Assembly: GCA_012295275.1 (NCBI GenBank)
Contig: CM022668.1
Span: 186,001-250,000 of the forward strand
DNA: 64,000 nt
Reading direction: 5' to 3'
Origin: Chrysomallon squamiferum
Taxonomy: Eukaryota; Animalia; Mollusca
Under the pieces are notes generated by a model. That model was not told the DNA's origin, searched no databases, and worked only from the letters and a program-made list of their open reading frames with translations. Of the stretch, positions 52,301-64,000 are shown in pieces (the stretch's first letter is position 1; every line of letters starts with the position of its first letter). Position numbers and translations under genes: made by a program.

Positions 52301-54487
52301 TAAATAAACAACATTTTAATAAAATATAAAGTGTGTTAGATAAAATTGTTTATTAAGAGACTTATCTCAGTTATATTAATTTTGTATGGCATAAAGCAGA
52401 AGTTAAATAGAGACAACATATCAAAATATTGTTTAAAACTGCTAATCAAATTTATTCCAATTTTACACAGACAATTAGCTAGCTAAGCAATCAGAATTAT
52501 GAATGTATCTAATAAACCAGTCAGATCTGACATTATAAAAATTAATTTAAATTTTGATAAGATTTTTATATTATTGTTCTATTTTGTTCAAAAATACTGC
52601 ATCATTTTAAACAACTAAATCAAGTTTTCATTTCAAAGCAAGAACAATTTCTTAAATTTGAAATAACCTTTTTTCACATTTTTTATTATTATTATTTTTT
52701 TTTTTTTGAACATACACAAATTTTACAAACTAGCATATCTTTATTCATAAAACCAACATTCTTGGAAGGGTGTATTATGAATTTAAAGGTAAGCACAACA
52801 GTAAACTCTATTTTAAAAGTGGAATGATCTTTTCTAATACAGAGAAATATTAGTTCTGTTTTCTCATCAAGAAAACAAATCATACAAATCCATTGACTGT
52901 TTCAAGAGATAGTCTGAGGTATATACGATATTTTCCCTGCTATTTTTAAATATCTTTTTTAGCTATAATTCTCACAAAAACATTACAACTCCATCCATCA
53001 GTGACAAAAACCTGGAAACAATCATGACACAATGATGCTTTTTATTTTTGGTCTTTTGCAATTAATTTTTATATAAAAAAATGAAGGCAAAAATCAGATA
53101 TGATGAAAATGTTGCTACACATTTTAAAAATAAAACACTTTGTATGTGAACATTCAAAATCATTTTTTTTTTTGTTTTCTTAAATGACACTGTAGATGAA
53201 CAAGAAATGAAGTATTTACTTCATCACAAAACCTGCAGCCAGTAACCAACAAATATACAAACAAGTTCAGTATTCTCAATCATAACAAATAACAGACTTT
53301 AAAAACATATTTCATCAAACCATTCTAATGAATATTCCAGTATTTTATAAACAAAACAAAAAAACAAACAAACAAAAAAAACAAGGTTACTGTTTCTTTC
53401 TGAACCACCTTAAACTCACCATTATGAGTTACTCTCAAATCACAGTTCATAAACAAGCATTAAGTCACCATTTCATTCAGTTTCAAAGTCAGCAATCAAA
53501 ATCCTTTTCAAAATCACTAATATCCAAAATCATTAAATCATCACCATTTCAAACAGTTTTAAATTCATCATTCTTATTCAAAAAGATTAGTGCTCATGAT
53601 TTTGAACCATTTTAGAGTTAGATGTGAACCATGGTAGCCAGTATGAAAATCAAAACCATTCATATTTCAATATGAACATTTTCTAATAACCACCTGTTAA
53701 CATAAACATAATATTTCCCAGAGGTCAACATGAATGATTACCCAAAATTGTTTACAAAAACTGTTTACAAACAATAAATCTCAACAAAAAAAATTGCCTT
53801 TTTAACAAGTCAAAAAATGTGCTTGCCAGCACATCACTCACAAGTTACCATCATCCAAAGGGTGTAACGCCGAAAAAAATAAATAAATCATCCTAAAATT
53901 TACACCCAAAAAACATTTCAGCCATACTTCTTATGTCATATGTAAATCAGAAATCCATGGATAAAATCACTTTCCTGATGATTCCAACAGATCTAGTCTG
54001 TATTAGAATGAGTCTCTGCAGATCCACTCAAAACAAATCTCAAATTTGTTACTCCTGGAACAATTTGGATCCATCTGAATCAAATTGGACATACCAGTAT
54101 CTTATTAAATCATGTTGGATCAATCTGGAATTATTGGATCCAGAGCTGGATAACTATTGATCAAACTGGATCTTACTGGATTTAAACTTTTTATACAATT
54201 AGATCTGCATCTCCATGGAAAAGCTTGGGTATCCATTCTTGTTTTATTTATTTATCTTGCATTGTTACTACCAGACTTGGGTCCACATCCTTTGTAATTA
54301 TTAATATTTAGCAAATTTCCCTTTTTTCCTGTTCCAGAAATTCTTCTTTTAAAGTGAATGTTAAAAATATCTGTCAGTTTTATTCTAAAAGAATATTTTA
54401 AAGAATATTTTTGATGCCATTTTTGAAACATGCCAGATATCCATAAATCCAAGTAGGAGAGATGTGTCATGGGATATACAAAAACTT

Positions 54488-54562
54488 CTACCAGCCATTT
54501 TTCTTTTTTGATATTTTCACTGATATCCCATCTTCATCTGAACTGCTGTCTAGAGTAGGTGG
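54488..54562 (-). CDS. MAP3K13: MAP3K13-like last coding exon
   Basis: [24 protein letters not shown]; acceptor TTACAG. Confidence 0.85.
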   Translation of the reverse strand, partial: PPTLDSSSDEDGISVKISKKKNGW

Positions 54563-55004
54563 CTGTAATAATAATAATGTAATTATAATAATTAAAATAT
54601 AATGAATAATAATATTAATAAGTTAACTGTAGCAGTAGTGGTAATAATACTGATGACACTGTAGTAATATTACAATACATCTACTACCACAGCTATTGCT
54701 GCTGCTATTGCTACTGCTACTACTAATACTTATACTACTACTACTACTGCTACTGCTACTGCTCATCACAACTGCTACTACTTATAATAATGATTATAGT
54801 AATAACATATATAACAATATTAATAGGCCTATTAAAAGTAATGTTAATAAAACATAAAAAGGTAATCTTTCTAAGAAATATTTTTGAAATTGTTTATTTT
54901 ATTATTATTGTTATTCTTTTTTGTCAGTACTAACTTACAATGCATATTGCAAAGGATTTTGTGTAAACTATATTTATAACTAAATGAATGTTGTAATATT
55001 TAAT

Positions 55005-55083
<79 letters not shown>

Positions 55084-57602
55084 CTATTATTTTCACTTCT
55101 ACTACTTCAAATATTGCTGCTGCAACTAGGACTGCTATTCAGTTATTACTATTACTACTACTACTAATTAACTTATTTGTATTATATTATTACACATTAA
55201 ATTACCTCAAATCTTCGTCTGTCCTGAGATGGTGAGCAAACCTGATCCTTTAAGTTTCGAACGTGATTTTCCCGGTCTGACAACCCGTCTGAAATGTATG
55301 AACATCTGGCCAACTCCTGCTGCAGATTTTCAGCACTTCCTGTGGACAGTAAACTCTCCTCATTTGGTGGGTCTTTCAGTGGGTTGTGTTCCTCCTCAGA
55401 AAAGCCACCACATTCAGAACTGAGCGTGGAGCACGACTGTCGATAGTGTTGTTTATGACGTTCATCCTCACTTACCTCCCCTTCTTCCTCTGACCATGAA
55501 TCTTCTGAATGCTGAGGTAAAAGTGTTTTAACTTTAATTAAAAACTGACATTAAGTGGAATGAAAAAAATGTACTGAAAAAATTGAAATAAAGTAAAATA
55601 AATAAAAATAACAAAGATTACTGGATTGAAATTGCTAAAACTATTACTATTTGTAAAAACTTGTATTTTTGTTTCAAAGTTTAACAGTCTGTGAATAGAG
55701 TAAAATTTTCAAGTATAATGCAGTTGCATCAAACAGATAAATCTTTTGTCCTGGCAAATCTACAATTTTTAATTTACTTTAAAATAAATCTGAATATAAT
55801 AACATTTTAAAATAACATAGTTGTTTTTAATGTTTTATTTAACTCAGCATATTTTATTCATGGTTATATGGAATTTGACATGAAGTTAAAGATCATTCAG
55901 ACAGGAAATCCATTGTTGCCATTTTGGGGTTACTCTTTTTGAGTAGCAGCAATGGATCTTTAATATGTACCACCCCTCAGACAAGCAGTGTTTACCATGC
56001 CCTTTATTACAAACAGTGCCAACAGAAATGAGAAATAGGAGTCTATTCTATTTAAATTAAATGTTTGTTTACCTTTATATTTCTGAACTTGACTGCTGGC
56101 TTCTTTCTAACAGGAATTTCTTCAAGTCCATCTTCCATTTCATCATTTTCAAGAACTGGGGAATGTTTGGGTGAAATCTCACAATCACTGATCCCTCTCT
56201 TTACTGAAACATTGTTCCGATTTACACTACCCACAGGATTTTCAACACAGTTATCTGCCCTTTGGTCACCTACATTATCTGACCTTCTTGTGTCCTCTAG
56301 AATAAGAATCTCATTAATATCTGCAGTCATTTTGTCAATTCCAGCTGAAATCTCTAAAGGACAGCTGAGGTTTTCATTAGAGTCTTTTTCTCTAAATTTC
56401 TTACTCTGATTTTGTAAATGAACAGGAGTCACATTTTCCACACAACTGTAGACTTGATGTGTCTGATGTCGTGGGCTGTTACATACTGAGTCACATGTAT
56501 TACTTTCAACATCGGCACTGACTTGACTTGAACGTTTACTACTACATGTAGCATCACTACAACCACCATCACACCCAAAACATACATCATTTAAATTTCT
56601 CTCATCAGTGTTGTTTTTGTTTTTACGTTGAGATGACTGATCATTCACCTCATCTTTGTGTTGCTCATCTTCACTTTTATATTCTCGAATTGCTGTACCA
56701 GGTCCCATGTACTTAAATGACCTTGGTGTTACATCATGCGAGTCCACATGCTGCAGCTTCACACCACTTGTTTGATGTTCATCTTGACAACCATCTTTGA
56801 TTGGTGACATTATTTCTTTCATCTGACCCCGGCTGTTGATGCGCCTGTGTCGGTTCTTTCTGGCACGTATTTTGGTAGGTGATGGAAGAACCTGTTCTGA
56901 ACTTGTTGTCATGCTTCCTTCTGTCTTTTGTGAGTCTGGACTATATATTGAAATAACACAGTTCTTTATCAAATACATTAGCATTACTATTGTTGTTATG
57001 TTATTTTTAATTTTATATTTCTTCTTCTTAACAATAATCATTAATAAAACATTTTTATATTTTTGTTTTCAGTATCCAGGAAAGACAGATCCTAAATCTT
57101 ATCACTCTTCAAATAAATATTCTCTCACAGTGCAATATATCACTTCACTTCACAGATAAAAGACTATATAAATATTACTTCGTAAATCTGGTTTTATTAT
57201 TCTGTAGTAACTGATAAAAAGCATAAAACATTAATAAAATGGAATTAAAAATTAAAAATTAAAATGAAAAAAAAGCAGAAAGAACCTGTTGAGGTCAGCT
57301 CCTGAAGACTTGTATGATCGTTTTTTCCCAATTCTCTCAATGCGTTCCTGTGCTTTTATTATGGGTCTCACGATACTTTTTTTCTTCCTGGAGAACAACA
57401 TCAAGGCTTGTTCTCGTCTGGAAACACAACAGAAATATGACACAAAACGTTTTAAAAATATTTGTCATAGCACAGAAATAAAAATAGAATAATGTGATTA
57501 TTGAAATCATATTGTATACAGATAATGATATTGTTTTTTTGTAGTTATTTATTTATTTTATTTTTTCGCTATTGTTTAGAAAAGAAAACAAATAATAATA
57601 AT

Positions 57603-57633
<31 letters not shown>

Positions 57634-59786
57634 ATAACAATAGTAACTGTAACTTCAGCACCATCATCATAGTTGTCATCAATAATATGAAAGTAAATAA
57701 TAATGATATCATCAATAATAACAATGAGAATAACAACATCATAAGATAATAATAAAAATAATAAGAATAACAAGACGATGAAAAAGAAGAGTAACAACAA
57801 TCACAAGAATACTAATTACAATGGTAATTATTTACAACAACAAGATTATCACAGAAATAACAGTAAAAATGAAAGAATATCTAAATTCTGATTAAATAAA
57901 AGCTTACTTGATTAGCTCTCTCTCTCGCTTCTCAAGTTGTAACATGCAGGCTGTCAGCTCCATATACAGATTATTAGCTCTCTCTAGTTTTCTCTCATAA
58001 TGATCTCTGACATCCTGGGCATGTCTGAAATATAGTGTGATACATAATTGATGAAAAGAATATAAGTTTACTTAAAGAGAAGCATAATCTGTAGGTGTGT
58101 GTATATATATATATAACATATATATATGTATCTTTCTTTCTGTTTTGTTGATGCATGTCTATATAATCACCAGTCTGCAAGTTTTAATGTAAACTGATGT
58201 CTGGGTATGTACAGAAATTCAAACATGCACATCTGTCTTTTGTTCTTATCTATGCCTATACGTGTCTGTATTTTACTGTTATCAACATAAATCTGTTGGT
58301 ACATCAGTATGTCTGTCTGTCTTTCTGTTATCTGCATGTATATTTGTACATCTATTTGTGTGTCTTTCTGTTCCAACCTGAGTTCCTCTTTCCTGCGTTT
58401 AATGAGTTCTTCCTCTAGCTGTGGAAAGTGTGATCCCTCAGACCTCATCTTCTGGAAATGTTCTCTAATTTCATCCTGCCATGACATCTGCTCATCACGG
58501 AAATCCTCTCGACCAAATGACAACAGTTCTGGTGAAGCAATCTCCAGATGCATGAGAACCTGTCGAAATGAGGGCCGATTTCTTGGTTTTCCTGCCCTGA
58601 AATTTAAATTTTATTAATAGATGTAATTTTTTTCAATTCAATGTTGATCATGTAATTGATTAATTTTACTTGTCATGATTATTATCACATTTATTTATTA
58701 CATATGTAACCTAAACATTATGATTATATAGCCAATTCTGTAGACCTAAATAAGCATTTATTTTAGTACAAGAATGGCTAACACATATAATACTTTGAAA
58801 CAGTTTCTCAAGTTGAAACTATACATTACTTTCAGCTGTCAAAAAATGAGTATATACTGAAACTTTCAGGATTTAGTGCAACATTATTAAACTTACATTC
58901 TGATATCAATATTTATAATTCATGCATTTACTTTTATCTAAAAATATTGAATTAAAAAAAGTAAAAATGTACAAACCAACACTGTCTCATGAGCAGCTGA
59001 AAGCCATTAGGACATGTTGAAGGTACAGGAAGATGCAGGCTGTTGCTGCCGACACCCCAGATGATGGCAGAGGAGTCAACATCATGGTAGGGAATCTCTC
59101 CAGAAAGTAGTTCCCAGATCACTACTCCAAAAGACCTGACAAACCAAATGTTGTATACTGTTAAATTGGAGGAGAAACTAGTTATATATTGTTAACATTA
59201 TAACTTGCTGTACTCAACTGAAAAAAGATATGTAATAATCATCATTTTAGCTTTATATTATTAATAGTAGTTTTTTAAAGAATAAACTTAAAATATAAAT
59301 CATTAAAATTTAAACTGAAATAAAATAAAGGAGATGTACCAAGATATTGAAGAAAAAACATATAAAACCATTTATGACCTAAAATGTTTTCTTTTTTTTC
59401 TAATCATTTAAATAAATATCAACATTTTTATTCTTTAAGCAAACTAAATTAAAAAAAATTTGGGAGTGAAATGTTTTTGTTTTTTTTTTTACCATATATC
59501 AACTTTCTCTGAGCAAGGTTCATTCCTGATCACCTCAGGAGCCATCCAAGCCACAGTGCCAGCAAATGACATTTTGATACTTTTATCATTCCATTCTCGA
59601 CTAGTTCCAAAATCCGAAATCTTTATCACATTGTTACTTGACACCAACACACTGAAACAAACATTTTACATCAACACAAAATTTTATATTATCATCTATA
59701 ACTTTGTTAATTGTTTCTTTCTTTCTGACTCTGTCTTGTTGTGTCTTTTATTTCTCTCTATTTTTCTTTCAGTATTTAATATTTGC

Positions 59787-59865
<79 letters not shown>

Positions 59866-62559
59866 ACTTTGGTGACTTGAGGTCTCTGTGTATAATTTTG
59901 TGTGAATGGAGGTAGTTCATCCCGCTGGCTATCTGCTTGGCCCAGTCTAAAATAACAGTGGGAGGGAGCTCCTTTCCGTCTCTTAGCAGTTCATACAACT
60001 GCCCGTATGGGCAATATTCCATTATAATACAGTAGCATGGAGCCTGTGTACATATTCCCCTATTTAAAAATATATAATTGAATAATTTTAGCAATAATAA
60101 CTACAAAATACTATTAAAACATAAAGACACATACACACACATAGACACAGATGCATACATAAACACAGTGGACTCTGTCAAAATCTGATTCTCTTGGGAC
60201 CAACAAGATTTGCTGTTTTAGACAGAATGCTGGTTTATAAAGATTAAAATGACATACAATTGGAATGTTTTATTAAATGTCTATTAAATGTCATCTGAGA
60301 ATAGTGTGTCACTGATGACTAAATTTTTTCTTTTCTTTTCTCTCACCAAAGCAGTTTCCTCTGATATGGTCTCGTTGTTTAACACTGGCTGCAAAAGTCT
60401 GCTTTCAGCAAAAGATTTAATTTGTTTTATCATTTTAAGAATGTCAGTGTAGGAAAGTTTGATCATTTGGGTCAATGTGTGCATCGGCAATCCATTCTAA
60501 TTTTTGGGTTTGCTAGTCATTATTCATTTTCTCTCTCCTGAAATGTTGGTTTCATACAGTAGCTGGTAATGGTCCAATGTTTTAAAATGTCAGATCCTGT
60601 CTGTCTTCCTATCTGAAACTGCATATCTAAATCTTTCTGTTCACATAATAAATTTGATGAAAACTCTTCTATTAATCTTGTTTTATCCTGCAATGCTGTT
60701 GTTTTAAGTTACTCTACCATTACAACAAATTCAATAAGAGAATGCAAGATGTGCACTATATGCAGTTATTCAGACTAAATTTAAATGACTCAATCCACTT
60801 AGGTGAAAGTACACACTAATAATAATCTTGTTCATCTAGCTGCACATTGTAATTGCATGAAGTATGGCACATTGTTTATTAAACCTTCAAAAAAGCGTGA
60901 CTATTATATCTCATGTGATAACATTATGTGCAAATTGTAGTCATCATTTAAGAAGTGACTGTACTTGCAAAATTGTGTGCTGATGTTAATGAAGCTAATT
61001 ATTGATTTAATTGGTTTTTTTCTCTGGAATTTACACCTGGAAACCAAAGGAGACAGTATCCAGATTAGACAAGGTTTTGTGCATAAAAGATTAATGACAG
61101 CTGGATTGAACTTAGTAATAGTGCTTATTTACATAGAAATTCAGATTATTCAAAGACTGGTTTTCAAAGAGTCCATTGTATATATATTTATATATTTATA
61201 TATATATATTTATTTTTTTGATATAGACAAAAATAATATAGGAGCTGATATATATTCGAAAAAATAATAATAACATCACACACACACACACACACACACA
61301 CCGGAAACCCATTAACAGCATAATTAAACAAAATGCCAACATAAAACAAAATTGAAATATAAAAGTTATTTTCAAAATTATGATCAAAAAACAATATTTG
61401 GTACAAAATGATTAAGATGAAACTTGAAGGCTATGATGTTTGTATATAAAAATTAATTTAACATGATATTATAATTAAAATAATTACCTTAAATTACAGG
61501 CAATAATTTAAGTATAAATTCATCATTTAAAACAGAATATTGAGAAAACATTAAATATGATATTTGTATGATGAAAATCATATAAAAATTAATTGATAAT
61601 GATTAAAATAAATATTTAATAACACACACACACAATAAAATAAAATACTAATAATAATAATAACATTAAAAGAAAGAAGAAAAAAAAGGAAATAAACAAC
61701 AACTTGAAAGCTATGATATTTGGGTGTTGAACTTCATATAAAACTTAATTTATCCTTTATATTATAATAATTCAAATAATTCTGTTTAATTATAAGAAGA
61801 AAAATAAAACTAACTTGAAAGCTATGATATTTGGGTGATTTAGTTTGCGTAAATTTTTTATATCTGTTTCTTTCACATCTCGAACTTTCTTCACTGCAAC
61901 CTCCTCTCCATTCAGCTTGCCAAGGAAGACTGCACCCTGTGCTCCACTCCCCAGCCACTGCAAGTCTGTGATGTTCTCAAATGGGATTTCCCAATCATCT
62001 GAAATTTAAAACATAAAATAATAAATTAAATATTTTATCAGAATGAATATAGAAAATAAAGAATCAATTACCATTTTTCCAGGACAAATAGAGTCCCAGT
62101 ATGACTGCACCAAGAAACAAGGGTATTAGAGACAGTCAAGGTATGCATATTATTAACAGATATTAAAATAAAATTAGACATTTTTGCCCCTTAACATCTG
62201 TGACCACCCTTGACTTTTACTGTAATATTTATATTTTGTTTCAGTAATAACAAGAGGGTACCAACAGGACAAATGTACAAAAAAAGAAACAACAATGGAT
62301 GCACTTCTGTATACCTTGCTGTTTCAGTTCTGCTGCTGCTGCCTTCCCAATAATTGTCCAAACTGGGCGGAGACAACCCAGAAGTCCCTCAAAGAAACCT
62401 CTTTGGTGGCTGTCACGGTAATCAACATCTACGCTTCCAGATGGATTGTGGGTAGGAGTGACAGGAGCTGATCTAGCAATAGTTGGGGATGGGGTGGAAT
62501 CATTGGAAGATTTTTCTGTTAGGCTAAGTTGGTCTATGTCATGTTCCAAACGTAGAGTA
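54488..62559 (-). CDS. MAP3K13: Dual leucine zipper kinase (DLK/LZK, MAP3K12/13, wallenda orthologue), 5'-partial, 11 coding exons, ~884 aa in window
   Basis: Exons 62559-62315, 61998-61815, 60059-59868, 59651-59493, 59135-58977, 58596-58378, 58024-57908, 57417-57286, 56940-56073, 55511-55206 and 54562-54488 join in phase with GT-AG. Motifs: [53 protein letters not shown], two leucine zippers, EEEGEV, the SDGLSD hexapeptide and a terminal Trp. Confidence 0.96.
55206..55511 (-). CDS. MAP3K13: MAP3K13-like exon containing SDGLSD
   Basis: [16 protein letters not shown]...QSCSTLSSE...[17 protein letters not shown]. Confidence 0.92.
56073..56940 (-). CDS. MAP3K13: MAP3K13-like large exon (disordered C-terminal region)
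   Basis: Open frame within ORF 56052..57041; acceptor ATAG, donor AAG|GTAAA; phase-compatible. Confidence 0.9.
57286..57417 (-). CDS. MAP3K13: MAP3K13-like exon
   Basis: [25 protein letters not shown]...; phase-compatible on both sides. Confidence 0.88.
57908..58024 (-). CDS. MAP3K13: MAP3K13-like exon (zipper 2)
   Basis: [39 protein letters not shown]. Confidence 0.95.
58378..58596 (-). CDS. MAP3K13: MAP3K13-like exon (kinase end, zipper 1)
   Basis: [21 protein letters not shown]...[14 protein letters not shown]. Confidence 0.95.
58977..59135 (-). CDS. MAP3K13: MAP3K13-like exon (kinase IX-XI)
   Basis: [53 protein letters not shown]. Confidence 0.96.
59493..59651 (-). CDS. MAP3K13: MAP3K13-like exon (DFG, activation loop)
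   Basis: [54 protein letters not shown]. Confidence 0.96.
59868..60059 (-). CDS. MAP3K13: MAP3K13-like exon (kinase V-VIb)
   Basis: [23 protein letters not shown]...HRDLKSP. Confidence 0.96.
61815..61998 (-). CDS. MAP3K13: MAP3K13-like exon (kinase subdomains I-IV)
   Basis: [39 protein letters not shown]...HPNIIAFK. Confidence 0.95.
62315..62559 (-). CDS. MAP3K13: MAP3K13-like exon (N-terminal region)
   Basis: ...[28 protein letters not shown]. Confidence 0.92.
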
Positions 62560-63950
62560 CTGAAATAAATAAAGAAATAAAGAAATAAAGAAAGAAAGAA
62601 AGAAAGAAACAAACAAACAAACAAACAAACAAACAAACAAACAAACAAACAAACAAACAAATAAATAAAAACTGAGTAATACCATTGGTCTGGAAACAAA
62701 CAAATAATGTTCTGAAATTTATTTATCTGTCTTGCTATTTTAACATGGACTGTAAATTTGTTTATCAAGAAAATCTTTTCATAATTTTACTCTAATTATG
62801 TATGTGCTTATATATATTATTTTATTTATTTGTTTTCATCTATCTTCATAATCACAAACTAAAATATCAAGTATGGTTGTTCAAATGTTTTTACAAATTT
62901 TATAATCTCTTATTTCACCATTTCATTAAAGATAATAAAAGAAGATAACTGAAAAAGAATAAAAGTAAAAATAAAATAAACAGCAATCAGTAGAAATTTT
63001 GCCATGCAGCACTTGAGCTCAAATCAGGGTTTTAGATCATAGAGATTCAAAGGATTTTTTTTATATAAATGATTAGAAGGAGAATAAAAACTGGCCAGTA
63101 TCAGAAAAATCAGATTGACATTAACTGAAATGTGTCAGTGATGTTAATACTATTATTATTTATGCCATTGAAATGCAATTTCATTGTCATATGGCAAAGT
63201 AGAAGATGATTATGAAAAACGAGAAAAAAGCAGAAGAAATAAGGAAAAGTGAAAAAAAAAAAAAAAAAGAAACATGAAGAAAAAATGAATAAATTGAATA
63301 AAAAGAAAAGATGAAAAGAAGAGGGATGGCAAAAATAAAGGAACTTGAAAAAAAAGAAGAAAGTAAACTGAAGATGAAGAACATGAAGAAAAGCAAAAAC
63401 AAAGAAAAACAACTAAAAAAATTATGAAAAGTAAAAAAGAAAAAGAAAACTGGAGAGATCGGAAAACAATTATTTTTTTATTCTAAAAAAAACCCAAAGC
63501 AAAACTGCACATTCACTTTTTTCTTAAATTCTAAGGAAAACCAAATTTGATTTCTTTAGAAGCAGTTTTTGTTCAGAGGCTATATCAGCAAGAAGTAATT
63601 AATATTTTATTTATAGAATTTAATATCAAAGATTTAAAAAAAAAAAAAAAACTTGAAAAACATGAATGGCTTTATTAACATTCAGACATCAACATATTAA
63701 TCAAAAAGTATTGATTAATGTTATTTTTAGTCAGATTTTGAAAACACAAACATTAGATAACACACTATAAACCAAGAAAACATCAAGAGGCTGTAATCAG
63801 CAATCTATATCAACAGGTTGTAAGTGATTATGGGAAAACTGATGATGAAATGTGTAACGTTAAGTGTGGGTGTTTTCACACATAATACTATGGCTGACTA
63901 TAATGAATCGTAGAAGATTAAATTATTAAATTCGAATTTCTTTATTTACA

Positions 63951-64000
<50 letters not shown>

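Noticed and set aside
55437-55475. 39-nt GT...AG mini-intron inside the SDGLSD exon
   Set aside because: It is very short, has no pyrimidine tract, and encodes residues that align with the conserved EEEGEV..QS.ST.SSE region.
56065-58617. + strand ORFs overlapping kinase exons
   Set aside because: They are antisense shadows of MAP3K13-like exons.
63110-63412. Phe-rich ORFs as possible upstream kinase exons
   Set aside because: This is low-complexity T-rich intron sequence with no DLK similarity. The true 5' exons appear to lie beyond the window.

Overview
AT-rich, microsatellite-dense eukaryotic (animal, invertebrate; mollusc/lophotrochozoan-like by impression only) genomic DNA with spliced genes. 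Most short ORFs in the track are repeat artefacts. From left to right: (1) 0.26-2.05 kb, a 50-bp minisatellite. (2) About 2.5-22 kb, a stretch with no recognisable coding exon, in which microsatellite blocks alternate with CpG-retaining islands rich in CRE, E-box and nuclear-receptor motifs. It also holds a 207-bp-arm inverted duplication. (3) 23.3-33.5 kb, a nested transposon stack: an I/Jockey-group LINE remnant is interrupted by a deleted Ty3/Gypsy LTR element, which is itself interrupted by a Buster/Charlie hAT transposon. The Gypsy element has TA..TA termini, a tRNA-Ala PBS, a chromodomain integrase and an env-like third ORF behind a splice acceptor. (4) 34-44 kb, a complete 5-exon, 210-aa divergent Rab GTPase gene (- strand) and an inverted partial pseudocopy (+ strand), separated by an RTEX-like LINE. 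(5) 46.5-49.4 kb, a second, inverted, near-identical copy of the hAT. (6) 54.5-62.6 kb, eleven coding exons of a DLK/LZK (MAP3K12/13) kinase gene on the - strand, whose 5' end lies outside the window. Exon boundaries were read manually from GT/AG sites and phase continuity. No database searches were run.
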